Source: an uncultured Bdellovibrionales bacterium (GTDB lineage: Bacteria > Myxococcota > XYA12-FULL-58-9 > JASMKV01). From it: DNA of 64,000 nt. The notes under the pieces are model-generated. The model was not told the origin of the DNA and ran no database searches. It was given only the letters and a program-made list of their open reading frames with translations. Each line of letters opens with the position of its first letter. The first letter of the stretch is position 1. Location of the stretch: NCBI GenBank assembly GCA_964013445.1, contig CAXGWX010000001.1, forward strand, positions 5,055 to 69,054, read 5' to 3'. A program made the translations under genes and the position numbers. Shown here piece after piece: positions 40,023 to 49,028 of this stretch.

Positions 40023-41135
40023 TCAAATACGCATTGGCATGATAACGGTAAGAAAACCTGTTTCCTCAAGAGGCTGGATAATTCCTGGTGATAGGTCATC
40101 AGTTAGCTCTAAACAAATACTATCTTCAGAAACCAAGCCTAGAACCTCCATAATATAACGGGCATTAAAACCAATTGTTAATGGATTTCCTTGATAAGCA
40201 ACATCAATGGTTTCGTTTGCATTACCTAGTTCTGGATCTTCAGCCACCAACTCCAAAGAGTCCTCATTGAAAACAAAGCGCACACCATAAGATTTGCCCT
40301 GAGATAAAAGTGATACTCGTCGTAGGGCTTGGCTTAATTTCGATTTTGAAATCTTAATTTCTTCACCGGCTTCCTGGGGAATAACTTGCTGATAGTCTGG
40401 AAATTGTCCTTCGATAAGACGTGTCGTTAAAATGACATTATCAGCTCTTAAGAAACCACTGTTATTTGTAAAACCTAGTTCTACGGTCTCGACAGCATCG
40501 TCGTCCTGTAAAACTCGTCGTAATTCCTGGAAACCTTTTTTAGGAACAATCACACCGCTCTCAAAAGGTAATTCATTGGTAAAATTCTTTTCGCTAAAAG
40601 CCAAACGATGACCATCGGTTGCCACAAGTCGTAAAGTTTTTTTATCACGAACTTCACAATAAACTCCGGAAAGATTGTGTCGATTATCATCAGCGGAAAC
40701 ACAAAAGATTGTTCGTTCAATCATTTGTGCCAAGTCTTCTGATGGAATCTGAAAAGTATCTGTTTCTGTATGCGAAGGTAAATTCGGGAATTCATCTCCA
40801 GACATTCCAACCAGTTTGAAATTGGATTTCCCTGAACTTATTTTAATCCATTGATTTTCAGCGACTTCAAAATTGACTTCGTCTTCAGGAAGAGCTTTTA
40901 AAATATCATATAAATGTCGGGCATGTACGGCAATTGAGCCTGGTTTAGAAACGTTTGCCTCATAGGTTCCGGTGAGTCCAACTTCAAGATCAGTTGCGCT
41001 TAAACGTAACTCTCCTTGATTGCTTGCTTCAATAAGTACATGAGCCAGGATTGGCATTGTGCTCTTTTTGTCAGCTATTCCTTGCACGCGAAATAGAGCT
41101 TTTGTGAGTTCAGAAGATTGGATGGTAAATTTCAT
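40023..41135 (-). CDS. dnaN: DNA polymerase III beta sliding clamp DnaN
   Basis: 370 aa, MKFTIQSSEL...ALFRVQGI N-terminus, three-domain clamp length. Between dnaA and recF. Confidence 0.9.
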   Translation of the reverse strand: MKFTIQSSELTKALFRVQGIADKKSTMPILAHVLIEASNQGELRLSATDLEVGLTGTYEANVSKPGSIAVHARHLYDILKALPEDEVNFEVAENQWIKISSGKSNFKLVGMSGDEFPNLPSHTETDTFQIPSEDLAQMIERTIFCVSADDNRHNLSGVYCEVRDKKTLRLVATDGHRLAFSEKNFTNELPFESGVIVPKKGFQELRRVLQDDDAVETVELGFTNNSGFLRADNVILTTRLIEGQFPDYQQVIPQEAGEEIKISKSKLSQALRRVSLLSQGKSYGVRFVFNEDSLELVAEDPELGNANETIDVAYQGNPLTIGFNARYIMEVLGLVSEDSICLELTDDLSPGIIQPLEETGFLTVIMPMRI

Positions 41136-41230
41136 TGCGTATCCTTAGCTAATGAAAAAGTAGCTAGGGGTTTGCGCTGCTTTTGTCAACCCTTAGATAA
41201 GCCGGTTGAAATTGGCTCAAGGCTCTCTAT

Positions 41231-41270
41231 TTATTTAATATATATATATAAAATAATAATAATAATAATG
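41231..41270. promoter_or_regulatory. AT-rich tract (candidate DNA unwinding element) in the dnaN-dnaA intergenic region
   Basis: ttatttaatatatatatataaaataataataataataatg is nearly pure A/T, and is immediately followed by DnaA-box-like ATATCCACA sites at 41274-41282 and 41334-41342 (reverse orientation) and TTATCCAAA at 41414-41422. Confidence 0.5.
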
Positions 41271-41537
41271 GGCTGTGGATATGTGAATAAGTGAAAATAG
41301 CTCTGAAAAAGTTGGCCTTTTAAGAAGAAATCTTGTGGATATCCTCTGCACGAAAATGTTTTTAAAGCTGTGGGTAAGTCGAGTTTCGAGTGGCTCACAT
41401 TTTTTTCACAAGTTTATCCAAAGACCTGCTCACACTTTATACACAGAAAATAGGCGTAAAAACGGCGATCTTTTCCTAAAAAAAGTGGAATTTATTTTTA
41501 GTTTTGCCTCTTGTAAGGGGTCTAAGGGCTGCGGAAA

Positions 41538-42941
41538 TTAACCGGGTTCAGAGATATCAAGCTTGCGTTCGAGAGCAAAAACCTCTGAACGTAAGGAGGG
41601 GTCTTCCTTGAGCAGGGAAGTCACTTTTTTACAGGCACTGAGAATAGTTGTATGATCCTTGTTTCCAAATCGAGCACCGAGCTCAGGATAGGAGGCACCA
41701 GCGTGTTTTCGGCAAAGATACATGGCTACCTGACGGGGCCGAACGATAACTTTCTGTCGGCTGGCACTTTTTAAGTCGCCCATTTTAACTTGATAGTATC
41801 CTGCAACTGTTTTTTGGATGGATTCAATGGATATCTGCGCAGGTCGTGTGCTTAAGATGTCCTGGAGAACATTTTTAGCATAATTTACATCAATGCTGGA
41901 GCCCGTGAGGGATGCGTGGGCAGCAATACGTACCAAAGCGCCCTCAAGCTCCCGAACATTGGAGCGAATATTTGAGGCGAGAAAGTGGAGCACTTCGTCC
42001 GGTAAATCGATTTTATCGCTTTCCGCTTTCTTTTGTAGGATTGCAATACGTGTTTCCAGTTCTGGAGGTTGAATATCCGCAATCAGACCCCATTGAAAAC
42101 GAGACCGGAGGCGCTCTTCAATATCAGGGATTTCGTGAGGCAGCTTGTCACTGGTCACGACAATCTGGCGTTGGGAGTCGTATAAGGTATTAAAAACATG
42201 AAAGAATTCATGCTGTGTGCGGACTTTTCCTGCGATCAGCTGAATGTCGTCGATAAGAATGACATCGCAGTGCCGTCGGTATTTTGCGTGAAACTCTTCA
42301 AGCTTAGAAAAACGCACCGCTGCAATAACCTCATTTACAAATTGTTCTGCGGATGTGTAGATAACGCGGGCATTAGGTCGATCCTGTAAAATTTGTTGCC
42401 CAATCGCTGAGATAAGGTGGGTTTTCCCAAGACCAACACCCCCAAAGAGAAAGAGAGGGTTGTAAGAGTGGGCCGGATTTTCCGCCACCGCCTTGGAGCC
42501 AGCAAAAGCCAACTGATTTGAAGGACCAGCAATGAATGTATCGAAGGTATATCGGGGGTTAAATTGCTTTGTATAGAGGGCATTTTGTTCGGGATTAAAC
42601 GAGATTTCCGAGGGTTTTGGGGATTCCTGTAGAAGATCTGTAGATTCCTCCGCCGCCGCAATCTCGGTTGAAGATTTGATCGTGGGATCCAAGGCCCAAT
42701 CAACGGCCAGCTGCTCTTGAGCCAGCTCGCTGAGGTGATCACGGATGAAATCGAGGTAATGATCACAGAGCCAATCGCGAAAAAACTGATCCCGTACCGC
42801 CAGAATGATGGTTCCATTGACCACTTCCCGGGCTTGAATAGGCAAAAGCCAGGTCTGCCAAACATGGGTGGAAACTTTGTTGCGGGCCAGGGACAAGAAT
42901 TCCGTCCAGAGCGCTTGTGGGTCGATTGTTTGCTTTAACAT
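41538..42941 (-). CDS. dnaA: Chromosomal replication initiator DnaA
   Basis: AAA+ Walker A GGVGLGKTHL, Walker B ILIDDIQ, and the C-terminal DNA-binding helix region. 467 aa. Confidence 0.9.
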   Translation of the reverse strand: MLKQTIDPQALWTEFLSLARNKVSTHVWQTWLLPIQAREVVNGTIILAVRDQFFRDWLCDHYLDFIRDHLSELAQEQLAVDWALDPTIKSSTEIAAAEESTDLLQESPKPSEISFNPEQNALYTKQFNPRYTFDTFIAGPSNQLAFAGSKAVAENPAHSYNPLFLFGGVGLGKTHLISAIGQQILQDRPNARVIYTSAEQFVNEVIAAVRFSKLEEFHAKYRRHCDVILIDDIQLIAGKVRTQHEFFHVFNTLYDSQRQIVVTSDKLPHEIPDIEERLRSRFQWGLIADIQPPELETRIAILQKKAESDKIDLPDEVLHFLASNIRSNVRELEGALVRIAAHASLTGSSIDVNYAKNVLQDILSTRPAQISIESIQKTVAGYYQVKMGDLKSASRQKVIVRPRQVAMYLCRKHAGASYPELGARFGNKDHTTILSACKKVTSLLKEDPSLRSEVFALERKLDISEPG

Positions 42942-43000
42942 GGACTATTCACAATACCTTAAAAAATATTTTATCAAATCAAAACAGATACTTATATCTG

Positions 43001-43032
43001 TTATCCACTATTTATCCACAGACCTATCCACA
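43001..43032. promoter_or_regulatory. Cluster of three tandem DnaA boxes upstream of dnaA (candidate oriC / dnaA autoregulation site)
   Basis: TTATCCACT (43001-43009), TTATCCACA (43012-43020) and CTATCCACA (43024-43032), same orientation, 2-3 bp apart. All match the TTATCCACA consensus with at most 1 mismatch. Confidence 0.75.
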
Positions 43033-43352
43033 GCTTTTTCAAGCTAAGGAAGAGGGTTATAAGTATTTTGTTGTCGGTGAATTGAGTGTGTGCTTTCCGC
43101 ACCATACTCGCCCTTCCCCCAATCAAAGACTCCGCCGATTTGAAGCACAAACAAGCGGCTTTGATAACATCGTTTCTACCCTTCTAAGTAGTATTATCTC
43201 TATTAGCGATGAGCTCGTTCTCAAGTCAATAGCGAAAATTGCACTTTATCCCATTTAAAAAGATCTCCAGCGCATTTTTGCTCGGAAGGATCTTTTTGCT
43301 CCTTGATTGGCAGCCATCTCTTTCCTAAAGGTTAAAAACCCGACTTGAGCCA

Positions 43353-43380
43353 TTGACAAAGTGGCTCCCACAGGTAAAAA
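43353..43380 (+). promoter_or_regulatory. Putative sigma70-type promoter for rpmH-rnpA-yidD-yidC
   Basis: TTGACA at 43353-43358 and TAAAAA at 43375-43380 with 16-bp spacing, about 55 nt upstream of the rpmH ATG. Confidence 0.3.
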
Positions 43381-43434
43381 GGCCGCCAACAAGCGAATAA
43401 TAAAATAGATTTTTAGAAAGGAAGTTGCAGAGCC

Positions 43435-43584
43435 ATGAAACGGACATTTCAACCGCACAATCGTCGCCGTCGGCGCAAGCATGGATTTCGTAAACGCGCC
43501 TCCACTGCATCTGGCCAAAAGATTTTAAAAGCTCGTCGCCAAAAAGGACGACATCGTTTAGCCGTTGTAACCGCATCGAAGTAA
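43435..43584 (+). CDS. rpmH: 50S ribosomal protein L34
   Basis: 49-aa [52 protein letters not shown] with an AAAGGAAG RBS. Below the 60-aa cut-off of the ORF track. Directly upstream of rnpA. Confidence 0.85.
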   Translation: MKRTFQPHNRRRRRKHGFRKRASTASGQKILKARRQKGRHRLAVVTASK

Positions 43585-43587
43585 AGG

Positions 43588-43953
43588 ATGCTTGAGGAGA
43601 GCTTGCAGGAACAACCGTCAGAGGACGGTGTGCTTGGGCTGAAGACTCGTAAGGATTTTTTACGTGTACAGGGGAAAGGGAAGCGATTTAAAAGTCGGCA
43701 TTTGATACTCTTGAGCCATCCACAAACTTTAGATCAAGCCCGTGTAGGGATTACACTTAGCCGTCGTGTTGGTAACGCGGTAACCCGAAATAAAGTTCGT
43801 CGTAGGCTGCGAGAAATCATTCGCCTCAATAAGCATCTTTTTTCTCGTATTTACGATCATGTCATCATTGCCAGCCCAAAGAGTGCGCGGGCAGACTACG
43901 AAACGCTTGAAACAGAATTATGTCATCTCTTAGCAAAGCTACAAAGGATTTAG
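43588..43953 (+). CDS. rnpA: Ribonuclease P protein component
   Basis: RKDFLRVQGKGKRFKSRHLILL and RNKVRRRLRE motifs. 121 aa. rpmH-rnpA linkage. Confidence 0.8.
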   Translation: MLEESLQEQPSEDGVLGLKTRKDFLRVQGKGKRFKSRHLILLSHPQTLDQARVGITLSRRVGNAVTRNKVRRRLREIIRLNKHLFSRIYDHVIIASPKSARADYETLETELCHLLAKLQRI

Positions 43954-44177
43954 GCCTACTTCGTGGGGTTCTAAAATTTATAATCTACCTTTACCGATAC
44001 AGTTTAGGTGGGCTCTTAGGGGGGCAGTGCAGATTTTATCCGAGCTGTTCGACCTATGCTTTAGAGTGCTGTGACAAGCTTCATTTTAGGGAAGCAATCA
44101 TTCGAATAACCTGGAGAATTCTGCGTTGTCATCCATGGAGCAAGGGTGGGTATGAACCATTGCCCGGCAGACGGTAG
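43920..44177 (+). CDS. yidD: Membrane protein insertion efficiency factor YidD
   Basis: YRYSLGGLLGGQCRFYPSCSTYALE signature. Overlaps the rnpA end. Confidence 0.8.
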   Translation: MSSLSKATKDLGLLRGVLKFIIYLYRYSLGGLLGGQCRFYPSCSTYALECCDKLHFREAIIRITWRILRCHPWSKGGYEPLPGRR

Positions 44178-44192
44178 AGCAGAGAACAAACA

Positions 44193-45929
44193 ATGAACGA
44201 ACAACAACGTGTCTTTTTAGCTATCTCTTTATGCTTGGCTATTCTTATTGGTTGGCAATATTTCTTTGCGCCAGCGCCAATGGAACCAAGAATCCAGGAT
44301 GATTTTGCGACGCAAACAAACGAAGCGCCAAAGGAAGCAGTAAAAACAAAAGCAACTAAAGATACAGCACCGGCAGCAGAGTCTCCAGGTGCAGCCGAAG
44401 GTCAAGATCCGAGCGTTGTTGAAGAGGCTAATGCGCCGAGCGCTGAAGAAGTGGCTGTTGTTGTCCCTGTTGAGACCAAAGCATTTGATACAGATCTTTA
44501 TAAGGCTTCAATAGTCAACAATTTGAGCATTGGTGATTCTGATAAGAAAAATGTCTTAGGTCTAACGCAACTGGAATTGCTCGAGTATAAGGAAGCGAAG
44601 GAAGAGGGCCAAAGTCCGGCTTTGGTCAATCTTGTTGATCAGTACGACACGGGAGAAACAAGACAAGCCTTAATCCAATGGCATCTCGGCGAATATGATG
44701 CGCCAAGAATGCAAGAGGATAAGACAGCTGATGCTTTAACCTTTCGTGGCAAATCTCCAAAAGGTTTGCATACAGAAGTTGTCATCACTCCTGATGAATC
44801 AAGTTACGCAATGCATTACAAGTTAAGGGTTTTGAATAGATCCTTGGTTACCTTGCCTGTGGACGCGACTCTTATTCTTGCCTTGCAGCAGGATGGGGAT
44901 TTGGGTTCGGCCAGTATGTTCGCGGCTGCAACGGCTCAACCCATGACAGGTCGGTGTCTTTTAAATGAAGATATCGAAGAGTTCGATATTAATGAGCTCC
45001 AGGAAAAACGGGACGAAGAGAATTCCGATTGGCGCTCCGAAGGCAAAAAGAATTTACATTGGGCAGGGATCGATCGCCAATATTTTGTTCTTGCAGCTGC
45101 ACCGGCTAAACCGGATTTAGCAAAATGCTCAATGACAGCCTATGCAGGTCATTTAGAAGTTAAGGTACATTTTGCCCAGGAGTTGGTTGCTCCTGACGGT
45201 GATTGGAGCGCGGAATTTAGTCTTTATGCGGGACCGAAGAAAGTCGAACGCCTCGAAGAGGTACAAAAGGAACTCGGCTCATTTGTTGATTACAGTATTA
45301 TGGGGCTTCCTTTGGGTTTCATAGCGCGGCCTATGATTTATAGCCTCAACGTTTTCCATGGTTGGACAGCAAGTTGGGGTATTGCGATTATTCTTTTAAC
45401 ATTTTTTGTTAAAGCAATTCTCTTGCCCGTGACCATCAAGAGCACCATTTCAATGCGTAAGATGCAATTGTTGCGTCCCGAGCTCGATAAGCTCAAGGCT
45501 CGATTTGGCAGTGACAGAGAGCGCATGAATGTAGAGCAGATGAAGCTCTTTAAGGAAAAGAATGTTAACCCCTTGGGCGGATGCTTACCGATGCTTTTGC
45601 AGATGCCAGTGTGGTTTGCACTTTATCGCAGCCTTTGGTCTGCTGTTGATATTTATCAGCAATCCTTTGCCTGGATTCCTGATCTGACCGCAAAAGAACC
45701 ATTTCCATTTATGGCTATAGCCATCGGTGGCTTAACGGTCTTACAGCAAAAACTCACGCCAACCAGTGTAGATAATGCGCAAGCGCGTATGATGATGATT
45801 ATAATGCCAATCATGCTTATGGTTTTTATGATCGCTCTACCCAGTGGTTTGGTACTTTATATCCTGGTGAACAGCGTGCTGACTTTGTTTCAGCAGCTGA
45901 TCATCAACAACATGAAAATTACTATTTAG
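44193..45929 (+). CDS. yidC: Membrane protein insertase YidC with long periplasmic domain
   Basis: 578 aa. N-terminal TM. Large periplasmic region. Conserved C-terminal 5-TM core (PLGGCLPMLLQMPVWFALY). Confidence 0.9.
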   Translation: MNEQQRVFLAISLCLAILIGWQYFFAPAPMEPRIQDDFATQTNEAPKEAVKTKATKDTAPAAESPGAAEGQDPSVVEEANAPSAEEVAVVVPVETKAFDTDLYKASIVNNLSIGDSDKKNVLGLTQLELLEYKEAKEEGQSPALVNLVDQYDTGETRQALIQWHLGEYDAPRMQEDKTADALTFRGKSPKGLHTEVVITPDESSYAMHYKLRVLNRSLVTLPVDATLILALQQDGDLGSASMFAAATAQPMTGRCLLNEDIEEFDINELQEKRDEENSDWRSEGKKNLHWAGIDRQYFVLAAAPAKPDLAKCSMTAYAGHLEVKVHFAQELVAPDGDWSAEFSLYAGPKKVERLEEVQKELGSFVDYSIMGLPLGFIARPMIYSLNVFHGWTASWGIAIILLTFFVKAILLPVTIKSTISMRKMQLLRPELDKLKARFGSDRERMNVEQMKLFKEKNVNPLGGCLPMLLQMPVWFALYRSLWSAVDIYQQSFAWIPDLTAKEPFPFMAIAIGGLTVLQQKLTPTSVDNAQARMMMIIMPIMLMVFMIALPSGLVLYILVNSVLTLFQQLIINNMKITI

Positions 45930-45945
45930 AAAGAGGAGCAAAGTT

Positions 45946-46953
45946 ATGGCGCAACAAGAATTTGAGGGAAGAAGTGTTGCAGAAGCCTCTATTGCAGCTT
46001 GTGAAGCATTAGGCGTAATGCGTAAAGAATTGATCTACACCATCGTATCCGAGAGCGGTGAAGCGTTAGACAAACGTGTGGTTTTATCTGTCGATGTAGA
46101 GGCAACAAAAGCCAAGGCAAGTGAGCCACAGGTTGCAGCAGTAGATGAACTTGAAGACGAAGATGATTCCCAATCCGCAATGAATGCAAATCACGAGCAT
46201 CCGGATATGCGAGGGGATAGCGACCGTGGTGGTCGTGGCCGTGGTCGCGGTGGTCGCGGTGGTCGTGATGGTCGTGGTGGTCGTGGTGGTCGTGGTGGTC
46301 GCGGTGGTCGTGATGGTCGCGGTGGTCGTGGCGGTCGCGGTGGTCGTGGCGATGGACGCCGCGAAGCGCGTCGGCGTGCCGAGCCTGCTATTGATGACAT
46401 GCTCGACTTCAATATTTTGCCAGCGGATCAAGTAGAGAAACGTGCCGCATTAGAAGGCGAAATCAGCGAGCTTGCCCAAAGCGCGAAGGGGACGTTGGAA
46501 GAGATGTTAACGCATCTTGAATTCAACCTTGATCTAAATATCGTTGCGGATGGTGAAGAAGAAATCCATATCGATGGTTGGGGAGAAGATTCGGAGCGTA
46601 TGATTGGAGCAAAGGGTGAAGGACTTCTTTCCTTGCAGTTCTTGCTGAATCGTATTGTAGGCAATGTTGAAGAAAAAACACCAACGGTTGTGCTGGATGT
46701 GGCTGGTTATCGCCAACGCCGCAAGTCTGCCCTTTCCCATTTGGCTGAAAAGTTGGCCACACGGGCCCGGGACGAGCAAAAGGTGGTAAAATTAACACCG
46801 ATGTCGGCTCATGATCGACGTGTTTTTCACATGACCTTAAAAGAGCAGGATGGAGTTTCAACTCACTCTGAAGGAACAGGTTTGTACCGCAACCTTTTTA
46901 TTGTTCCTGAAGATGGAGCTTCAGAGGCTAACGAAAACTCTGATCGGGAGTAA
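45946..46953 (+). CDS. jag: Jag/KhpB-family RNA-binding protein (Jag_N-KH-R3H) carrying an internal RG/RGG repeat insert
   Basis: Jag_N-like N-terminus. R3H-like C-terminus (SAHDRRVFHMTLK). Conserved position after yidC. Residues about 85-135 are (GRGG/RDGRGG)n. Confidence 0.75.
   Translation: MAQQEFEGRSVAEASIAACEALGVMRKELIYTIVSESGEALDKRVVLSVDVEATKAKASEPQVAAVDELEDEDDSQSAMNANHEHPDMRGDSDRGGRGRGRGGRGGRDGRGGRGGRGGRGGRDGRGGRGGRGGRGDGRREARRRAEPAIDDMLDFNILPADQVEKRAALEGEISELAQSAKGTLEEMLTHLEFNLDLNIVADGEEEIHIDGWGEDSERMIGAKGEGLLSLQFLLNRIVGNVEEKTPTVVLDVAGYRQRRKSALSHLAEKLATRARDEQKVVKLTPMSAHDRRVFHMTLKEQDGVSTHSEGTGLYRNLFIVPEDGASEANENSDRE
46224..46353 (+). repeat. GGTGGTCGY trinucleotide/nonamer tandem repeat encoding the RGG box of Jag
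   Basis: About 14 consecutive 9-nt units (ggtggtcgt / ggtcgcggt / gatggtcgt variants). Confidence 0.85.
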
Positions 46954-46965
46954 TATCTTATATCG

Positions 46966-48411
46966 TTGCCAGGTATGATGTCGCAGCAGAGCCATGAGCG
47001 CGAGGAGCGCATTTTAGTTATCAGCGATATTCATCTTGGTGAAGATATTTTGCAAGAAGGTCCGGAAAAGCTTTCCGAATACATCAAGCGTCTCAATTTT
47101 GAACTTAGTTCGTTCATCCGGGGACACCTGCAATCCGAAGAAGAGTCATTTCGGTGGCGTTTAATTATTAACGGCGACCTCTTTGATTTTCTCAAAGTGG
47201 GTGTAGAAGAAGAAGACTTCGCTGATGCGGATAAGTCGGTAGCAGGTGAAACAGTATGGAAGCTACACAGAATTGTAGAAATTCATCGTCCCATATTTAA
47301 GGCCCTCGCAGAATTTGTCAGCGAGGGACATCGTTTGACGGTCATTGAAGGCAACCATGATGCGGAGCTCTACTTTAAAGAGGTTAAAGATGCATTTCGT
47401 AAGGAAATATTTGCACTCTGTCCTGGAACAAGCTCTGAAGAACAGGCAAAATTTGAAAGCCGTATAGAATTTTGCACTTGGTTTCATGCAAAAATTGGAC
47501 GTTTTCATATTGAACACGGTCATCAATACGACCCTCTATGCGCATTTGCTCATTTGTTGGCTCCTTTCGACAAAAACAGAAAGGACTTGGCAATTCCGAT
47601 TATCCACCGAGGGATTGCTCCCTTCGCGGAAGTTTTAACGGACTTTTCAACCCACGGTTTAGAAAAATGGGGGCTTTTAGACTATCTTAAGTTTGGCTTT
47701 TCCCAGAGTCCCAAGGTTCTTTATCGTGCAGCACTTGTCTATTTCCGCATTGCTTTCGATATGGTTGTTCATTCCGGAAAAAAACGCGAAGAAGAACTGG
47801 CGGAATTTAAGACTGAGCATGAGAGCGCTTTGGGGGATATGGCGCAAGAGGATATATATGGACTTCCAGTTCTTAAGAATCTGGATGCCTTAAAAGCAAA
47901 GCCTGCCGAATATTCCTGGTTTAAAATCTTTCATGCGCTTTTTCTCGACAGATTGGCTCTTGTTGTCATGCTTCCGATTTTAGTCATCTTAAGTTTTCTG
48001 TGCTTTTCCGGGCTCCAAGTCTTATGGGCCATCTTAACAAGTTTAGGATTGGTTTTGGGTGGAATATCTCTTTTGAATTCCGTCAACCGTTCAGATTCGG
48101 AGCATGAATTAAGGAGCGCAGCGACAAGAATATCCCGATTAACAGGGGCTCGCTTTGTTATTTTTGGACATTCCCATTATCCCGAATTAAAAGCGATTAG
48201 CGCCCAGGAGGGAGGGGCCTTTGGTGACTCTTGCTTTTATATCAATACTGGCTCCTGGGTGACTCGAGAAATTATCAACGATCCACCTCTAGGGATGACC
48301 TATGCAGAGCTGAATGCGGAGGGAGGATTTCTCAAACGTTGGCAGAGCCGAGCAACGCCGGAGGTGCTTTTTTCCTCTAAAGAGTTGCAACGTGGTGGAC
48401 AAGCAAGTTAG
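46966..48411 (+). CDS. Membrane-associated calcineurin-like metallophosphoesterase
   Basis: MPE motifs in order: SDIHLG, NGDLFD, GNHD, HGH...GHSH. A roughly 180-aa insert containing two hydrophobic TM-like segments lies between the last two blocks. The listed start is TTG. Confidence 0.6.
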   Translation: MPGMMSQQSHEREERILVISDIHLGEDILQEGPEKLSEYIKRLNFELSSFIRGHLQSEEESFRWRLIINGDLFDFLKVGVEEEDFADADKSVAGETVWKLHRIVEIHRPIFKALAEFVSEGHRLTVIEGNHDAELYFKEVKDAFRKEIFALCPGTSSEEQAKFESRIEFCTWFHAKIGRFHIEHGHQYDPLCAFAHLLAPFDKNRKDLAIPIIHRGIAPFAEVLTDFSTHGLEKWGLLDYLKFGFSQSPKVLYRAALVYFRIAFDMVVHSGKKREEELAEFKTEHESALGDMAQEDIYGLPVLKNLDALKAKPAEYSWFKIFHALFLDRLALVVMLPILVILSFLCFSGLQVLWAILTSLGLVLGGISLLNSVNRSDSEHELRSAATRISRLTGARFVIFGHSHYPELKAISAQEGGAFGDSCFYINTGSWVTREIINDPPLGMTYAELNAEGGFLKRWQSRATPEVLFSSKELQRGGQAS

Positions 48412-48428
48412 AAGGGAAAACCTTTCGA

Positions 48429-49028
48429 GTGAGAACAATGAAAACTTTTAAGAGCTTTACAATTATCGCTTTTGTTGTGTTTGTGTTGGATCAGTGGTCT
48501 AAGTTTTGGGCCATTGGCAATTTAACCAAGGCTTTTCAAGGCACCAATGGGCAGTTGCTGGATTTTGGGGCACAGCTGGATAAGTTTTTATGGTATAAGC
48601 ATCCCCCGCGCAGCGCAGCTATTGAAGTGCTCGAAAATTTTTGGAGCATGCGTTATGTGGAAAATCCCGGCGCAGCGTGGGGCTTTTTAGCCTCTTCAGA
48701 TGCGGCCTGGCGTACTCCTTTTTTCTTAGGCGTTGCTCTTATCGCCATGGTTTTCATTATTTACCTCTATAAAACAGCCGAGGCAGATCAGCTTTTCTAT
48801 AGAATCGCATTGGCTTTGGTTTTTGGTGGCGCTTGGGGGAATTTTATCGATCGAGTGCGCTTAGGTTATGTTATCGATTTTATAGATTGGCATTACTATG
48901 AGCACCGATGGCCAACCTTTAATATCGCCGATGCGGCCATTACAATCGGTGCCGTTTTAATGATTGCTGATATATTCCTGTATAAGAAAACCGAGCAGAC
49001 AGAAGAGGTTTCCGCCAGTGCATCCTAA
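48429..49028 (+). CDS. lspA: Lipoprotein signal peptidase (signal peptidase II)
   Basis: Four TM segments. Conserved FNIADAAITIGAVLM catalytic-Asp region. Adjacent to lgt. Confidence 0.85.
   Translation: MRTMKTFKSFTIIAFVVFVLDQWSKFWAIGNLTKAFQGTNGQLLDFGAQLDKFLWYKHPPRSAAIEVLENFWSMRYVENPGAAWGFLASSDAAWRTPFFLGVALIAMVFIIYLYKTAEADQLFYRIALALVFGGAWGNFIDRVRLGYVIDFIDWHYYEHRWPTFNIADAAITIGAVLMIADIFLYKKTEQTEEVSASAS

Noticed and set aside
42335-42865. 176-aa minus-strand ORF overlapping dnaA in another frame
   Set aside because: Alternate-frame shadow inside the well-supported dnaA gene, proline/arginine-rich with no features.
46084-46435. Three overlapping ORFs on both strands with extreme low complexity (poly-TTTATT, poly-VVVAV, PRPPRP repeats)
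   Set aside because: They are frame-shifted or antisense readings of the GGTGGTCGT repeat inside jag. The in-frame Jag reading has proper N- and C-terminal domains.
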